Assembly: GCA_964458085.1 (NCBI GenBank)
Contig: CAYWFF010000001.1
Location: forward strand, 890-64,889
Length of the DNA: 64,000 nt
Direction of reading: 5' to 3'
Source: an uncultured Gammaproteobacteria bacterium
Lineage (GTDB): Bacteria > Patescibacteriota > Microgenomatia > UBA8517
Position 1 is the first letter of the stretch. Each line of letters opens with the position of its first letter. The notes under the pieces are model-generated. The model worked only from the letters and a program-made list of their open reading frames with translations. It ran no database searches and was not told where the DNA came from. This document shows, piece by piece, positions 1 through 10,370 of this stretch. A program made the translations under genes and the position numbers.

Positions 1-140
1 ACAGAGCAACGCCTGTATAACCGCCCAAGCTCTAGCTAGTTAGATTCCAAAAACAAGTAATTAAGCAAAAAAGTAATCAGTAATTATGAGCTTTCAAATT
101 CTAAGTTACTCAATTACCCAAATACTTAATTACAAATCTG

Positions 141-2285
141 TCAAAGTTCGCAAGTCGAAAAACCGCACTGTTTACATTTATAGCACTTTTTATCTTTCTT
201 CAACGGCACATCACAAGTCGGGCACATCTTGACTTCAGATTTCCTGTTTGCTCCTCCAAATTCAAACACCTGATCCTTTTTAGTTCTATCTCGGTAAACC
301 GTCAAACCTTTACAACCCAATTTCCAAGCTAGTACATAAGCTTCTTCAATATCATTAGGAGAAGCAGTTGAGGGCATGTTTATAGTTTTGGTAATTGCAT
401 TATCAGTCCACTTTTGGAAAGCTGCCTGCATTTTGATGTGATCACGCCAGTCGATGTCGTGAGCCACTTTGAAAACACGTTTAATGTCTGTAGGAATTTC
501 TTCTATATCCTGGATACTACCGTGACTTTCTACAATTTTTTGGATTAGGTCCTCTGAATAGATTTTTCTTTCTTTCAATTTTTCAACCAAAGTAGGTACA
601 ATTGTCCGAAGCCGCATGCCTTCCATAACATTTTGTTCATAGGCAAGAGCAAAATAAGGTTCAATCCCGAAAGAAGTCTCGCAAATTACTGCGTTACCGC
701 TTGATGGCGGAAAAGTAAGAAGAGCAACATTTCTAGGTTTTCTCTTTTTATTTGCCCAGATGGAATCAGTGACAAATGGAAACGGTCCTTTTTCATCAGC
801 CAGATCACAAGATGCATCAAATGCAGCAGTGTACATAGTTTTGGTAACTTTTTCAGCTAAATCAAAGGCTTCTTCTGAGTCATATGGAATATCAAGAAGC
901 GCCAAAGCCTCTGCCCAACCCACTGCTCCCATTCCGATCCGCCGGTGATTTCTCACTGCCTGCTGAACTTCTGAGACAGGAAACCATGACGCATCTATTA
1001 CGTTGTCCATAAGCCTGGTTGCAACTTTTACCACTTCACTTAGATGATCGTGATCAAACTTATTGTCTTTTATAAATTTTGTGAAATTCACATACCCTAA
1101 ATTACAAGATTCAAAAGGGAAAAGAGGTTCTTCCCCGCAAGGATTTGTAGCGGCAATCGGTCCGCGTTTTTTAAGAAGCGGATTTCCGAGTGCAGTTCCT
1201 TTGTTAATTGCAGATAAATTAATAATCCCCGGATCCCCGGTTTGCCAAGCCATTGTTGCCATCAAATCTAAAATGGATTTTGCGTTCACCGTGTTTACAA
1301 CTTCTTTAGTTCTTGGATTTACAAGATCCCAATTTTTACCTTTAAGGGCAGCTTCCATAAAGTCATCAGTAATGCCTACTGAAATATTTGTTTTAGGTAA
1401 ATAACCGTCTGTTTGTTTAGCGGATATAAAGTTAAAAATATCAGGATGGTCAGCGTTAAGTATCGCCATATTGCCCGACTCATATTTTCCCTCCTGCCTG
1501 AAAAGACTGGTCATCAGATCAAACATTTCAATCATTTTGACCGGACCTGCTGCAAGTTCAGGGATCCCACCTACCAAATCCCCCTCAGGCCGGATGTTAG
1601 AGAAATTGTATCCGCAACCCCCTCCGTGTTTTTTAATGAGTGTGGATTTATGCAATATCTCAAAAATATCGTTAATGTCATCTGTCATAGGCCAGACAAA
1701 ACAATTTGCCAACTGAGGAGTTTGCTTGCCTGCGTTTGCGAGAGTCCGGGTTCCGGGTAAAAATTCAAATGACTCCATAATTCCTAAAAACTTACTAAAC
1801 CACTTTTCCTGTTTTGCCTTGGTTTTTTCAACAGAAGAGAGTGTTTTTGCAACACGGGTAAGCATTCCTTTTGGAGATTCTATAATTTTCCCCGCTTTGT
1901 CCCTGCGTAGGTACCTCATCTTTAAAATGTAAAGCGTGTTGTATGAAAGCCCTATGTCGTCTTTTACCCCCAATGCATTTTTATCCTGTTTAATATGTTT
2001 CTTATTTTCTCGGAAGCGTATGTAGGCTTTTGCAGTCTTTGCATGTCCGCGCTCAATTAAAACCTTTTCCACAATTTCTCCGATTTCTGATGTTAAAACC
2101 GCTTCGCCATTCGGATAACGATTGTTGACAAATGCCACAACTTCCCCGGTAATTTGTTCTGCCAAAGTTTTATCACTCCCGCCTACACTTTGGGCAGCAA
2201 GCCAAATACTGGTGAGGATTTTTTCCGGGCTAAAGACTTCTTTTTGGCCGATATTTTTTAGTACTAGTTTTTCTTGTTTTGCCAT
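141..2285 (-). CDS. nrdJ: class II (adenosylcobalamin-dependent) ribonucleotide reductase, paralog 1
   Basis: Active-site NPCGE motif (thiyl Cys-Glu), conserved N-terminal Cys (ANCFVW) and ESCNL Cys, no glycyl-radical motif, C-terminal CxxC...CxxC zinc ribbon; 714 aa. Confidence 0.8.
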   Translation of the reverse strand: MAKQEKLVLKNIGQKEVFSPEKILTSIWLAAQSVGGSDKTLAEQITGEVVAFVNNRYPNGEAVLTSEIGEIVEKVLIERGHAKTAKAYIRFRENKKHIKQDKNALGVKDDIGLSYNTLYILKMRYLRRDKAGKIIESPKGMLTRVAKTLSSVEKTKAKQEKWFSKFLGIMESFEFLPGTRTLANAGKQTPQLANCFVWPMTDDINDIFEILHKSTLIKKHGGGCGYNFSNIRPEGDLVGGIPELAAGPVKMIEMFDLMTSLFRQEGKYESGNMAILNADHPDIFNFISAKQTDGYLPKTNISVGITDDFMEAALKGKNWDLVNPRTKEVVNTVNAKSILDLMATMAWQTGDPGIINLSAINKGTALGNPLLKKRGPIAATNPCGEEPLFPFESCNLGYVNFTKFIKDNKFDHDHLSEVVKVATRLMDNVIDASWFPVSEVQQAVRNHRRIGMGAVGWAEALALLDIPYDSEEAFDLAEKVTKTMYTAAFDASCDLADEKGPFPFVTDSIWANKKRKPRNVALLTFPPSSGNAVICETSFGIEPYFALAYEQNVMEGMRLRTIVPTLVEKLKERKIYSEDLIQKIVESHGSIQDIEEIPTDIKRVFKVAHDIDWRDHIKMQAAFQKWTDNAITKTINMPSTASPNDIEEAYVLAWKLGCKGLTVYRDRTKKDQVFEFGGANRKSEVKMCPTCDVPLKKDKKCYKCKQCGFSTCEL

Positions 2286-2327
2286 AAAACTGGTTTAGTT
2301 CAATCGTTATAAAAAACTCTTACTTTT

Positions 2328-4670
2328 CTAGATTTTGCATTTGCTCCAACCGCATTCTTTGCAAGTCACACAACCGCCTTCAAATTCAACAACCCCTCCG
2401 CATTCCGGACACTCTTTTTCGTCGTAAACTTCAACTTGTGCAATTGCCTGACCTGTTAATTTTTTAGACGAAGCTTTCTGTTTAATGCCGGCATTTAAAA
2501 CCTGATCATCTTTACTGCCGTCCCGATAAATAGTAATTCCTTTACAACCCAATTTCCATGCTAAAAGATAGGCTTTTTTAACATCACCAACCGTTGCTGA
2601 ATTTCTGAAATTAACCGTTTTTGAAACTGAATTATCGGCATAGCGTTGGAAAGCTCCTTGTATCCGAACATGCCACTCAGGGTCAATATCGTGAGTTGTA
2701 ACAAAAACTTTCTGGATATCTTGGGGTATTTCTTTCATGCCTTGAATCGACCCGTGGTTTTCTGCTATTTTTGCAATTAATTCTTTTGAATATAAACCCC
2801 GCTCTTTTAAAACCGCTTCAAAATTAGGCTCTACATAGAAAAGCGACGCAGTTGAGCGGTTTTTGGAGTCTTCGTTGTAAAAGGACCGTCTGGTATATAC
2901 AAGTGCAAACAAAGGTTCAATCCCAGAAGTTGTATTTCCGATCATTGAAACAGTACCGGTGGGTGCAATTGTAATCATGGTGCAATTTCTGTATTTTTCA
3001 GCAGATCCTTTATAGGTTGATATATCCCAATTAGGGAAAACGCCTCGGGTCTTTGCTAATTCAAGTGACGCATCCTCAGCGTTTTTCTTCACAAATTTTG
3101 CAATTTTGTCGGCAATTCTAACGCCTTCCGCAGTGTTGTAACCCACGCCCATTTTAAATAAAACTTCAGCAAAACCGATCATTCCAACTCCTATTTTCCG
3201 GTTGCCGTATTTAACCAGCCGCTCTGTTTCTGTCAAAACATAGGCATTTACTTCAATCATATTGTCCAAAAACCGAACGACGGTTTTAACGGTTTGTGCC
3301 AAATCGTCCCAATCCATTTCATAGCTTCCGTTCTGTTTCACCAAGTGACTGGCCAAGTGGACAGAAGTCAGGTTGCAGGATTCATACGGCAGTAAAGGCT
3401 GTTCTCCGCAGGGGTTTGTAGCATCCAGTTTTCCCAAAGTTGGCGTGAAATTATCCTCTTCCATCCTATCAAGAAATATCATTCCCGGATCTCCAGTTTT
3501 CCACGCGTGTTCACAAATATCATCAAAGAGTTTTTTCGCTCTGACGGATTTTACCGTAATACCGTTTCTGGGATTCACCAGATTAAAACGTTTATCAGAC
3601 ACTACGGCGTCCATAAATTCGTTGGTTACACCGACTGAAATATTAAAGTTCTTCATCAAACCATCCTGATCTTTAACTGAGATAAATTCATAAATATCGG
3701 GATGTTCAACATTGAGTATTCCCATATTTCCGCCGTGCCTTTTTGCACCCTGAACTATTTTTGAAAGTGCTGCAGAATATACCTGCAGAAAATCAACCGG
3801 TCCTGAAGCGGCGTTGGGAATATTTCTTACTTTATCTCCTTTAAATCTGATTTGACTGAAATTAAATCCTGTCCCACCATAATTCTTCTGAATTAGTGCA
3901 GCGTCTCCCAATGTTTTAAAAATTGCACCTATTGAGTCCGTTACCGGTAAAACAAAACAGGGAGACAATTGCTGAAGGCAAGCTTCATTTCCCGCTTCAT
4001 ACAAAGCACTTCTGGTACACACAAATTTAAAACGCGCCATTTTGTCAAAAAATATTCTGGCAACCTGTTCAACCAGCTTTTCGTCCCCCCAGGTAATCTC
4101 CGCTTTTGCCAAGTGTTTTGCTACCCGCCAAAATATTTGACCCGGAGTTTCCAGAAGATCCCCGCTTGAGTCCTGTTTGGAACATCGGGAAACCAACGTG
4201 AGTTTAGCGTTTTCTGTCATTTTAGGTTCCCACATTTTATAAGAAGATTTTTTTGCACTTAGCTTTCTCTCTTTAAAGAGAATGTAATATTTTGCAGCTT
4301 TGAAGTATCCCGCTTCAGCTATAATCGGTTCTACAATGTCCCGGATTTTTTTGGTAGTAATTGTCTCCTTGTCGATTTCTGAAAGAATAATGTAAACTTT
4401 TTTAAAGATGTCCTTTGCGGTTTTTTGACTGTATGTCTTAGTGTCTTTGCCGACGAGAATTATACTTTTACTTAGTTTTTGTAAACTGAATTTTTCTTTA
4501 TCCCCTGTACTTTTGATTACCGTTTCTATTTTCAAGTGAGGCAGTGAAGCTGCCGAACTGCTTATTTTTAAATCACCATAACTAACAGTGGCTAACATTT
4601 CACCCGGAGGGCTGCCTCTACCGTTTGTTGATTTTTGGAGGTTTTTTAAACTGCCGTTATTTTTTTTCAT
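2328..4670 (-). CDS. nrdJ: class II ribonucleotide reductase, paralog 2
   Basis: NPCGEQPLLPYESCNL motif block, conserved Cys set, C-terminal Cys4 ribbon; 780 aa; diverged from paralogs 1 and 3. Confidence 0.8.
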   Translation of the reverse strand: MKKNNGSLKNLQKSTNGRGSPPGEMLATVSYGDLKISSSAASLPHLKIETVIKSTGDKEKFSLQKLSKSIILVGKDTKTYSQKTAKDIFKKVYIILSEIDKETITTKKIRDIVEPIIAEAGYFKAAKYYILFKERKLSAKKSSYKMWEPKMTENAKLTLVSRCSKQDSSGDLLETPGQIFWRVAKHLAKAEITWGDEKLVEQVARIFFDKMARFKFVCTRSALYEAGNEACLQQLSPCFVLPVTDSIGAIFKTLGDAALIQKNYGGTGFNFSQIRFKGDKVRNIPNAASGPVDFLQVYSAALSKIVQGAKRHGGNMGILNVEHPDIYEFISVKDQDGLMKNFNISVGVTNEFMDAVVSDKRFNLVNPRNGITVKSVRAKKLFDDICEHAWKTGDPGMIFLDRMEEDNFTPTLGKLDATNPCGEQPLLPYESCNLTSVHLASHLVKQNGSYEMDWDDLAQTVKTVVRFLDNMIEVNAYVLTETERLVKYGNRKIGVGMIGFAEVLFKMGVGYNTAEGVRIADKIAKFVKKNAEDASLELAKTRGVFPNWDISTYKGSAEKYRNCTMITIAPTGTVSMIGNTTSGIEPLFALVYTRRSFYNEDSKNRSTASLFYVEPNFEAVLKERGLYSKELIAKIAENHGSIQGMKEIPQDIQKVFVTTHDIDPEWHVRIQGAFQRYADNSVSKTVNFRNSATVGDVKKAYLLAWKLGCKGITIYRDGSKDDQVLNAGIKQKASSKKLTGQAIAQVEVYDEKECPECGGVVEFEGGCVTCKECGWSKCKI

Positions 4671-4709
4671 AAATATAACTAATCACTAAATACTAAAACT
4701 CACCTGTCG

Positions 4710-7172
4710 TCAACACTCTGAATATCCGCAACCATGACATGTTTTGCAACCCATTTCGTGTACTAAAGTTGCGTTTCCGCATGAAGGGCACATATCTGCC
4801 TGTTTTGTAACTAATTCCATTTGAGCAGGAACTGCTTGCTCTTGTAAAGGAAGAGTCTGCTGCTCCTCGGCATAGCTGTTTCCGTTGCCGTTTATAGCAT
4901 GAGGGTCTTGTTTCTCTTTACCCGAAAGCATTCCCATATCCATAGCAAGCGCTTTTGCTATAGCATCGGGAAGCGATAGTATTTTCTCTGATCCGAAACC
5001 TACTGTCCGAGCTCCCCCAATACCCATAAGCTGATCGATTATAAATACTGCCCGCTCTCTCGTGCTTAGGTTGCTGCCGAATCTCAATGATTTCGAAATT
5101 AACCTGCCTAAAGCTTCCGCCATAGCCTGAACATCACTCCCCGCACGGCCGATATTTATAAACAACTCAACCGGCGCTCCCGTCTCATCGTGGTTAACTG
5201 TAATAAACGCCGTCCCCACCGGAGTTTTCAGGCGATAAGTTGCGCCAATTACTTTAGTGGGGCGAATCCAATTGTAGGACTTTTGCAATTCGCCATTTAC
5301 GTTTTCGGGTGAAATTTCACTTTTACCTGCTTCTTTACCTTTAGAGCTTTCGTCTGCCCTGATTAATGTTCCCTCACGCGATCCTTCTCGCATATAAGAA
5401 ATTCCCTTACATCCCGTTTCGTAAGCAAGTTCATATAGTTTTTTAACATCGTCCACGCTGTGAGTTTTTGGCGCGTTTACGGTTTTACTAATGGAAGAAT
5501 CGGTATAATGCTGAATTAATGATTGAATTTGTACATGCTCCGCAGGAGTTAAATCATCAGCAACAACAAAATATTCCGGCATAGTTTCAGTTCCGTTTTC
5601 ATCAACCCACTCCTGATATAACGGGTGGTACATAGTTCTCTCGCCTAGTCGATCCTTTTGGATATAAGAAAAAGAAAAGACCGGTTCTATTCCAGATGAT
5701 GCTCCTGCTAAAAGCGCAATTTTCCCGGTCGGTGCTTCAGTCAGGATAAGTGCATTTCTTATCCCGTGTTTTTTAATATTTTTCCGAATGCCTTGAGGCA
5801 TGGTCCTCATAAATCCGCTGGCAAGAAACTTGTCTGCCATGAACTGCGGGAAAGCCCCTTTTTCCTTTGCCAGATCCACTGACGTTTCATAAGCGACATC
5901 CCGAAGCGTCCGGTAAATTTTTTCAATCACTTCAAGAGACTTCTTGGATCCATAGCGAATTTTCATTTTTATAAGAGCGTCAGCTAAACCCAAAGTTCCC
6001 AGCCCAATACGTCTCTCACGCGCCTGAACTTCCTCTATTTCGGGATATAAATATTTCTCGGCATCAACTGCATTATCCAGGAACCGCACTCCTGAGCGGA
6101 CAACATCAGAAAACTCTTTATAGTCAAAAAGACCCCCGGAGACAAATGAGGAAAGATTGATTGAGCTTAAATTACAAACACCCCACGCAGGTAATCCCTG
6201 TTCGCCGCAAGGGTTTGTAGCAATGTTTTTTTCAAAGTACCAGGTGTTGTTCATTTCGTTGTATCTATCCATGAAGACTACTCCCGGTTCAGCCGAAGCC
6301 CAAGCAGAGTTACAAATTTTGTCCCATAGATAGCGGGCTTTTTCTGTTTTATACACCCTTACAGGGTGGCCTTTAGATTCCCAGTCGGACATATCTCCCT
6401 GCCAGTCTGTCCGGTAGTGAGGTGAGTCGGTATCCGGGAATTTAAGATCCCAATTGGCATCACTTTTTACAGCCTTCATAAAAGAATCTGAGACACAAAC
6501 GCTTAAATTTGCTCCTAAAATTTTCCCCTGTTCTTTTTTGACAGTAATAAATTCCTCCAAATCAGGATGCCAATCCCACAACATAATCATAAGAGCTCCT
6601 CTTCTGGTCCCTCCCTGTTGAATAATGTCATGAGCAGCCACAGAATAAATATTTGCCCAGCTAACTGCTCCCGAACTTGTACCATTAACTGACTTTAAAT
6701 AAGATCCACGCGGCCGCAGGCTTGAGAGATTAAAACCAACTCCTCCGCCCCGAGCACTTATCTCAGTCATTTGTTCAAGTGTTTTAATTATGCCTTTTCT
6801 GGTATCTTCGGGACTAGGTATTACAAAACAGTTAATCATAGTCGTGTCAGTACCTGTTCCTGCGGTTGTCAAAAATCGGCCTGCGGGACAGAATCTAAAA
6901 TCAGTCATTGCATCAAAGAACTTTGCTTCCCATTCTTTTTTCAACTTTGGCGTTTTTTCTACTTGAGCAAGAGCTTTGGCGACTCTTTTCCACATTTGCT
7001 CTGGATATTTTTCAAGCGGGCTGCCGACTTCGTCTTTCAAGGAATAGCGGTCAAGGAACAGTTTCTGTCTTATACCGGAAAGCTCGGTTCCATTGTCGAG
7101 TTCAAAATAATACCGGTTGGAGCCTGAATATGCTTTTCTTTTTGTTTTTTTTGCAGAACTTTGTAGTTGCAT
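4710..7172 (-). CDS. nrdJ: class II ribonucleotide reductase, paralog 3
   Basis: NPCGEQGLPAWGVCNL motif block, conserved Cys set, C-terminal Cys4 ribbon; 820 aa. Confidence 0.8.
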   Translation of the reverse strand: MQLQSSAKKTKRKAYSGSNRYYFELDNGTELSGIRQKLFLDRYSLKDEVGSPLEKYPEQMWKRVAKALAQVEKTPKLKKEWEAKFFDAMTDFRFCPAGRFLTTAGTGTDTTMINCFVIPSPEDTRKGIIKTLEQMTEISARGGGVGFNLSSLRPRGSYLKSVNGTSSGAVSWANIYSVAAHDIIQQGGTRRGALMIMLWDWHPDLEEFITVKKEQGKILGANLSVCVSDSFMKAVKSDANWDLKFPDTDSPHYRTDWQGDMSDWESKGHPVRVYKTEKARYLWDKICNSAWASAEPGVVFMDRYNEMNNTWYFEKNIATNPCGEQGLPAWGVCNLSSINLSSFVSGGLFDYKEFSDVVRSGVRFLDNAVDAEKYLYPEIEEVQARERRIGLGTLGLADALIKMKIRYGSKKSLEVIEKIYRTLRDVAYETSVDLAKEKGAFPQFMADKFLASGFMRTMPQGIRKNIKKHGIRNALILTEAPTGKIALLAGASSGIEPVFSFSYIQKDRLGERTMYHPLYQEWVDENGTETMPEYFVVADDLTPAEHVQIQSLIQHYTDSSISKTVNAPKTHSVDDVKKLYELAYETGCKGISYMREGSREGTLIRADESSKGKEAGKSEISPENVNGELQKSYNWIRPTKVIGATYRLKTPVGTAFITVNHDETGAPVELFINIGRAGSDVQAMAEALGRLISKSLRFGSNLSTRERAVFIIDQLMGIGGARTVGFGSEKILSLPDAIAKALAMDMGMLSGKEKQDPHAINGNGNSYAEEQQTLPLQEQAVPAQMELVTKQADMCPSCGNATLVHEMGCKTCHGCGYSEC

Positions 7173-7175
7173 ATT

Positions 7176-7616
7176 TTAATCTTTTATTGCTTTGGCAAAA
7201 TCTTCAAGGTCTTCAAATTCCAAGTACACACTGGCAAATCTAAGCCAAGCCACTCTGTCCACTTTCTTTAATCTTTTTAAAACAGCACGACCGATCGCTT
7301 TTGAGGATACTTCTTCTTTCTCTTTTCTAAGCATCTCCCGCTCGACAGAATCAATCACAGAATTAATAAAATCGAGAGGAAGCGGCCGTTTTTCAACCGC
7401 TCTCAAAATCCCGCGTTTCACTTTTTCTCTGTCAAAAAGTTCCCGTCTGCCATCTTTTTTAATTACCCATATACCGTTGCCTTTAACCGTTTCATAAGTA
7501 GTAAAACGCTTTTTGCACTTAATACATTCTCGTCTTCTTCGTATGCTATGACCTTCGTCCCCTGAGCGAGATTCCAATACTTGCGTATTGGCAGTTGCAC
7601 AAAACGGACATTTCAT
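7176..7616 (-). CDS. nrdR: transcriptional repressor NrdR (zinc ribbon + ATP-cone)
   Basis: N-terminal MKCPFC...CIKCKKRF zinc ribbon followed by ATP-cone-like region; 4 bp upstream of nrdJ paralog 3, same strand. Confidence 0.85.
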   Translation of the reverse strand: MKCPFCATANTQVLESRSGDEGHSIRRRRECIKCKKRFTTYETVKGNGIWVIKKDGRRELFDREKVKRGILRAVEKRPLPLDFINSVIDSVEREMLRKEKEEVSSKAIGRAVLKRLKKVDRVAWLRFASVYLEFEDLEDFAKAIKD

Positions 7617-7706
7617 AAATTTTTTATAAGTAATTAATATTAAATGTTAAAACACCTGTACCATAAGTAAATTTATCAAAAACCTCTTTCACAGGTGTAA
7701 ACAAAA

Positions 7707-7752
7707 GTCACTATTGGTAGCGACAGAAACAATGATTAAACACTAGATGTGT
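7707..7752. promoter_or_regulatory. two palindromes about 30 bp apart upstream of nrdR (candidate NrdR-box pair)
   Basis: GTCACTAttggTAGCGAC (7707-7724) and ACACTAGATGTGT (7740-7752), centres about 30.5 bp apart; resembles tandem NrdR-box geometry but sequence deviates from the acaCwAtATaTwGtgt consensus. Confidence 0.25.
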
Positions 7753-7929
7753 AAAGTCAACTACTAAGATATACGTCAAAACATATCACTACAAGCACAA
7801 CGTCAGCCTAAAAAAAGCAATAAATTAAACTTCTTTTTCCGCGAAAAAACAATTCAGGTTAAAGCGGTTATAATGCGATAAATTGGGGGTAAATCTATGA
7901 GGTAATTATTTTAACAAAAGTAAAGTTAA

Positions 7930-8556
7930 TTACCAGTTATAAGGGTTTTCCGGTGGTTCCATTCCTTCTTCAGCCATTGCTACACGAACTCCTTGATAAA
8001 TAACTTTGGGATAGCTAGCCGAGCTCACAAGAGCTGCCTGTAAATCTCCGGTAACACTTTCACTCATAGCATCAATTATTTCCGCATGCTTGAGCGATGC
8101 AGTTGCAAGCGTTGTAAGAAACTCTTTCACTTCCCTACCGGCTTTTCTGTTTTCTTCTTCTTTCAAAAATGCCCGTTCCAGATATTTTTCAGCTTTTGAC
8201 AGGGTAGAAATTGCGAGTTCAGTTTTACCTTTTTCTAAAAGCTTTATACTTGACACCAATCGCTTATCTGCAAAAAGTAAAAGCAGTTCTGCTTCCCTTT
8301 CCGGATTTGAAGTTGAAGCAAGCCACAATTGATCGCGTATTACTTTTATGGACCACCAAGGAGAATCAGGAAGAACTTTCCCCGGATTGGGAAATCCATA
8401 CTCAACCGGATTTTCGTTTTTACTGATTATCAGCGTTTCCTGAAGCGGAAAGTCATATTGGACAGCCGCCGATCTGAAGACTGATATAAAAAGTATAACA
8501 AAAGCTAAAGACACTAGAGTAAGTACAAGCAATAATTTACGGAGCATTAGGTACAC
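7930..8556 (-). CDS. hypothetical membrane-anchored protein
   Basis: N-terminal hydrophobic segment then soluble domain; no motif recognised. Confidence 0.4.
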   Translation of the reverse strand: MYLMLRKLLLVLTLVSLAFVILFISVFRSAAVQYDFPLQETLIISKNENPVEYGFPNPGKVLPDSPWWSIKVIRDQLWLASTSNPEREAELLLLFADKRLVSSIKLLEKGKTELAISTLSKAEKYLERAFLKEEENRKAGREVKEFLTTLATASLKHAEIIDAMSESVTGDLQAALVSSASYPKVIYQGVRVAMAEEGMEPPENPYNW

Positions 8557-8598
8557 TTATGGTAGATTTGGATATTAAAAATGTCAAGGAAGGTCCGG

Positions 8599-9255
8599 TC
8601 AGCGAAAAAGCATTATCGGCCATTCCCAAAAAATATGAAGTAGGATGGATGCCGTAACATTTTTAGTTCTGGCAAATACAAAAGCAGACCCTATACCGAA
8701 AATTGTCGTCAATATTAGAAATATAATTGAAGTGTTGGTATCGATATCAAACCAAAAAAGAGTAATAGGAATATGAATCAACCCCCAAACAACGCTGGTG
8801 GCAAGATTTGCTACCCATTCATTCGAGAGGGCATGCCAAACCCTGTTAAAAATAAAACCGCGAAAAACAATTTCCTCTGAAATGGCTGTTGCAAGAGACA
8901 GCCCTATTGAAACAAAAAAGAGCTTATCTCCTACATTTGCCCCAAAATCAAATTCTTGATACTTTATATAATTGACAAAAACTCCCTCAATTGCAAATAT
9001 AAGCCCTAATCCGATTGACAAATATATAGCAGGGAATAAGTTTTTTGAAGTTATCCCAATGGTTTCCAGAGAGGAATGTTCTTTTTTTAGAAAATAAATG
9101 ACCGGAGTCAGCCATAAAATAGGTTTAACAACAAGTTCTTCGATTTCGACCGGTAATTTAAACAACAACCTGTAAAAGCCCCAAAATACCAGTATATAAG
9201 CCGCGAGCAAAGTGGCGTGTTTTATGGCGGTTTCTTTTTTGGGCATTTTACTCAA
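8599..9255 (-). CDS. CPBP-family intramembrane metalloprotease (CAAX protease-like)
   Basis: Multi-TM with EEIVFRGFIF (EExxxR), and HIFWEW (His motif) characteristic of CPBP/Abi family. Confidence 0.6.
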   Translation of the reverse strand: MSKMPKKETAIKHATLLAAYILVFWGFYRLLFKLPVEIEELVVKPILWLTPVIYFLKKEHSSLETIGITSKNLFPAIYLSIGLGLIFAIEGVFVNYIKYQEFDFGANVGDKLFFVSIGLSLATAISEEIVFRGFIFNRVWHALSNEWVANLATSVVWGLIHIPITLFWFDIDTNTSIIFLILTTIFGIGSAFVFARTKNVTASILLHIFWEWPIMLFR

Positions 9256-9773
9256 TCAGGCTGCATATTAATTGTACACTCTTTATAAGCAAAATCTATT
9301 GCATGGACAACATCTTTAACCCTAGTCTGAGCTTCCATTAAAGAAACTGCATTTGCTTCATTCGGAAACCAATGAAAAAGAAGATTGCGGGACATTTTCC
9401 ATGTTTCCCACAGTTCTTTTGCCAATGCCTGCCCTCCACAGTAACGTTCAATTTTTTCATATACACTCTCTTCATTAGGATCCTTTTCAAGAGAAGGATT
9501 GAGTGCCCGGCCGATTCTGAAACGTTTACCGTCATATTCGCCTTTAGTGATAAACCCCATATCCAAAAAGAACTTTTTCAAAAATCCTTCATAAGCTTTT
9601 GCTGCAGGAAAAACAATAAAAGAATAGTCATGAAATTCTTCATCCCACCTTTCTACCCTGTCACAAAGAATTAAGGATTCTTTTAAGAGTTCCTGAAGAT
9701 CGTGCGCAATATAGGTCCACCACTGTCTTTTTTCCAAATCCTGTATATCGTACATAGTGTTATTGTAGCCCAA
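9252..9773 (-). CDS. hypothetical protein
   Basis: 173-aa ORF overlapping neighbours by 4 and 14 bp, consistent with operon; no motif recognised. Confidence 0.4.
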   Translation of the reverse strand: MGYNNTMYDIQDLEKRQWWTYIAHDLQELLKESLILCDRVERWDEEFHDYSFIVFPAAKAYEGFLKKFFLDMGFITKGEYDGKRFRIGRALNPSLEKDPNEESVYEKIERYCGGQALAKELWETWKMSRNLLFHWFPNEANAVSLMEAQTRVKDVVHAIDFAYKECTINMQPD

Positions 9774-10275
9774 TTGTAATTGAAATTGCAGTAGTTTCTG
9801 ATTTCGGAGTCAGACCGATAAAACCTGTATAGTGACAGGAAAGAGATCTGTCGATGCACCACAACGCTTTGAGCGATTCATCAGAAACTGTTTTTTTAAT
9901 TGAAGCTATATATGTTTCGGAGGAGTCTGATATTTCCATTTCCCACCCTGCTTCCGGCAGTACCTGAGAGTAATAGGATGATACTTTTGACAATTCGTCA
10001 GGGCTTTCCAAAACGACCGACATACCTATTGACCCTTTCGCTTCGCTGCTCCATGAACTTACTATTGTTGCTCCTGGATATATCGGCAGATCTTTGGGAA
10101 ATTGGAGAGGTATCCTTTTTTCATTGTCTTGCGTGACTGGCGCGTCACTCTGGGAAGAAGGTAAACTCTCCGTTGGCATACTGTCTGAAGTGAAAATAAG
10201 TTTATATACCAATATGCCGAGTAAAACGAAAACAAAAATTGTTATGATAAAAATAATGCTTTTCCTGCTTCGCAT
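9760..10275 (-). CDS. hypothetical membrane-anchored secreted protein
   Basis: N-terminal TM/signal-anchor, Ser-rich linker. Confidence 0.4.
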   Translation of the reverse strand: MRSRKSIIFIITIFVFVLLGILVYKLIFTSDSMPTESLPSSQSDAPVTQDNEKRIPLQFPKDLPIYPGATIVSSWSSEAKGSIGMSVVLESPDELSKVSSYYSQVLPEAGWEMEISDSSETYIASIKKTVSDESLKALWCIDRSLSCHYTGFIGLTPKSETTAISITIGLQ

Positions 10276-10370
10276 ACATTACTATAACATGACCATTTGT
10301 ATTCCAACTGCCTTTTTGGCAATAAACCTAAGATGCAAAAAAGATAAATCTCTCATATAATTTGTAGGCG

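Noticed and set aside
760-7243. Many 60-120-aa ORFs on the opposite strand inside the three nrdJ genes (for example 760-948, 1063-1404, 3373-3669, 6771-7127)
   Set aside because: They lie entirely within long motif-supported CDSs and have low-complexity translations. They are antisense artefacts of long ORFs.
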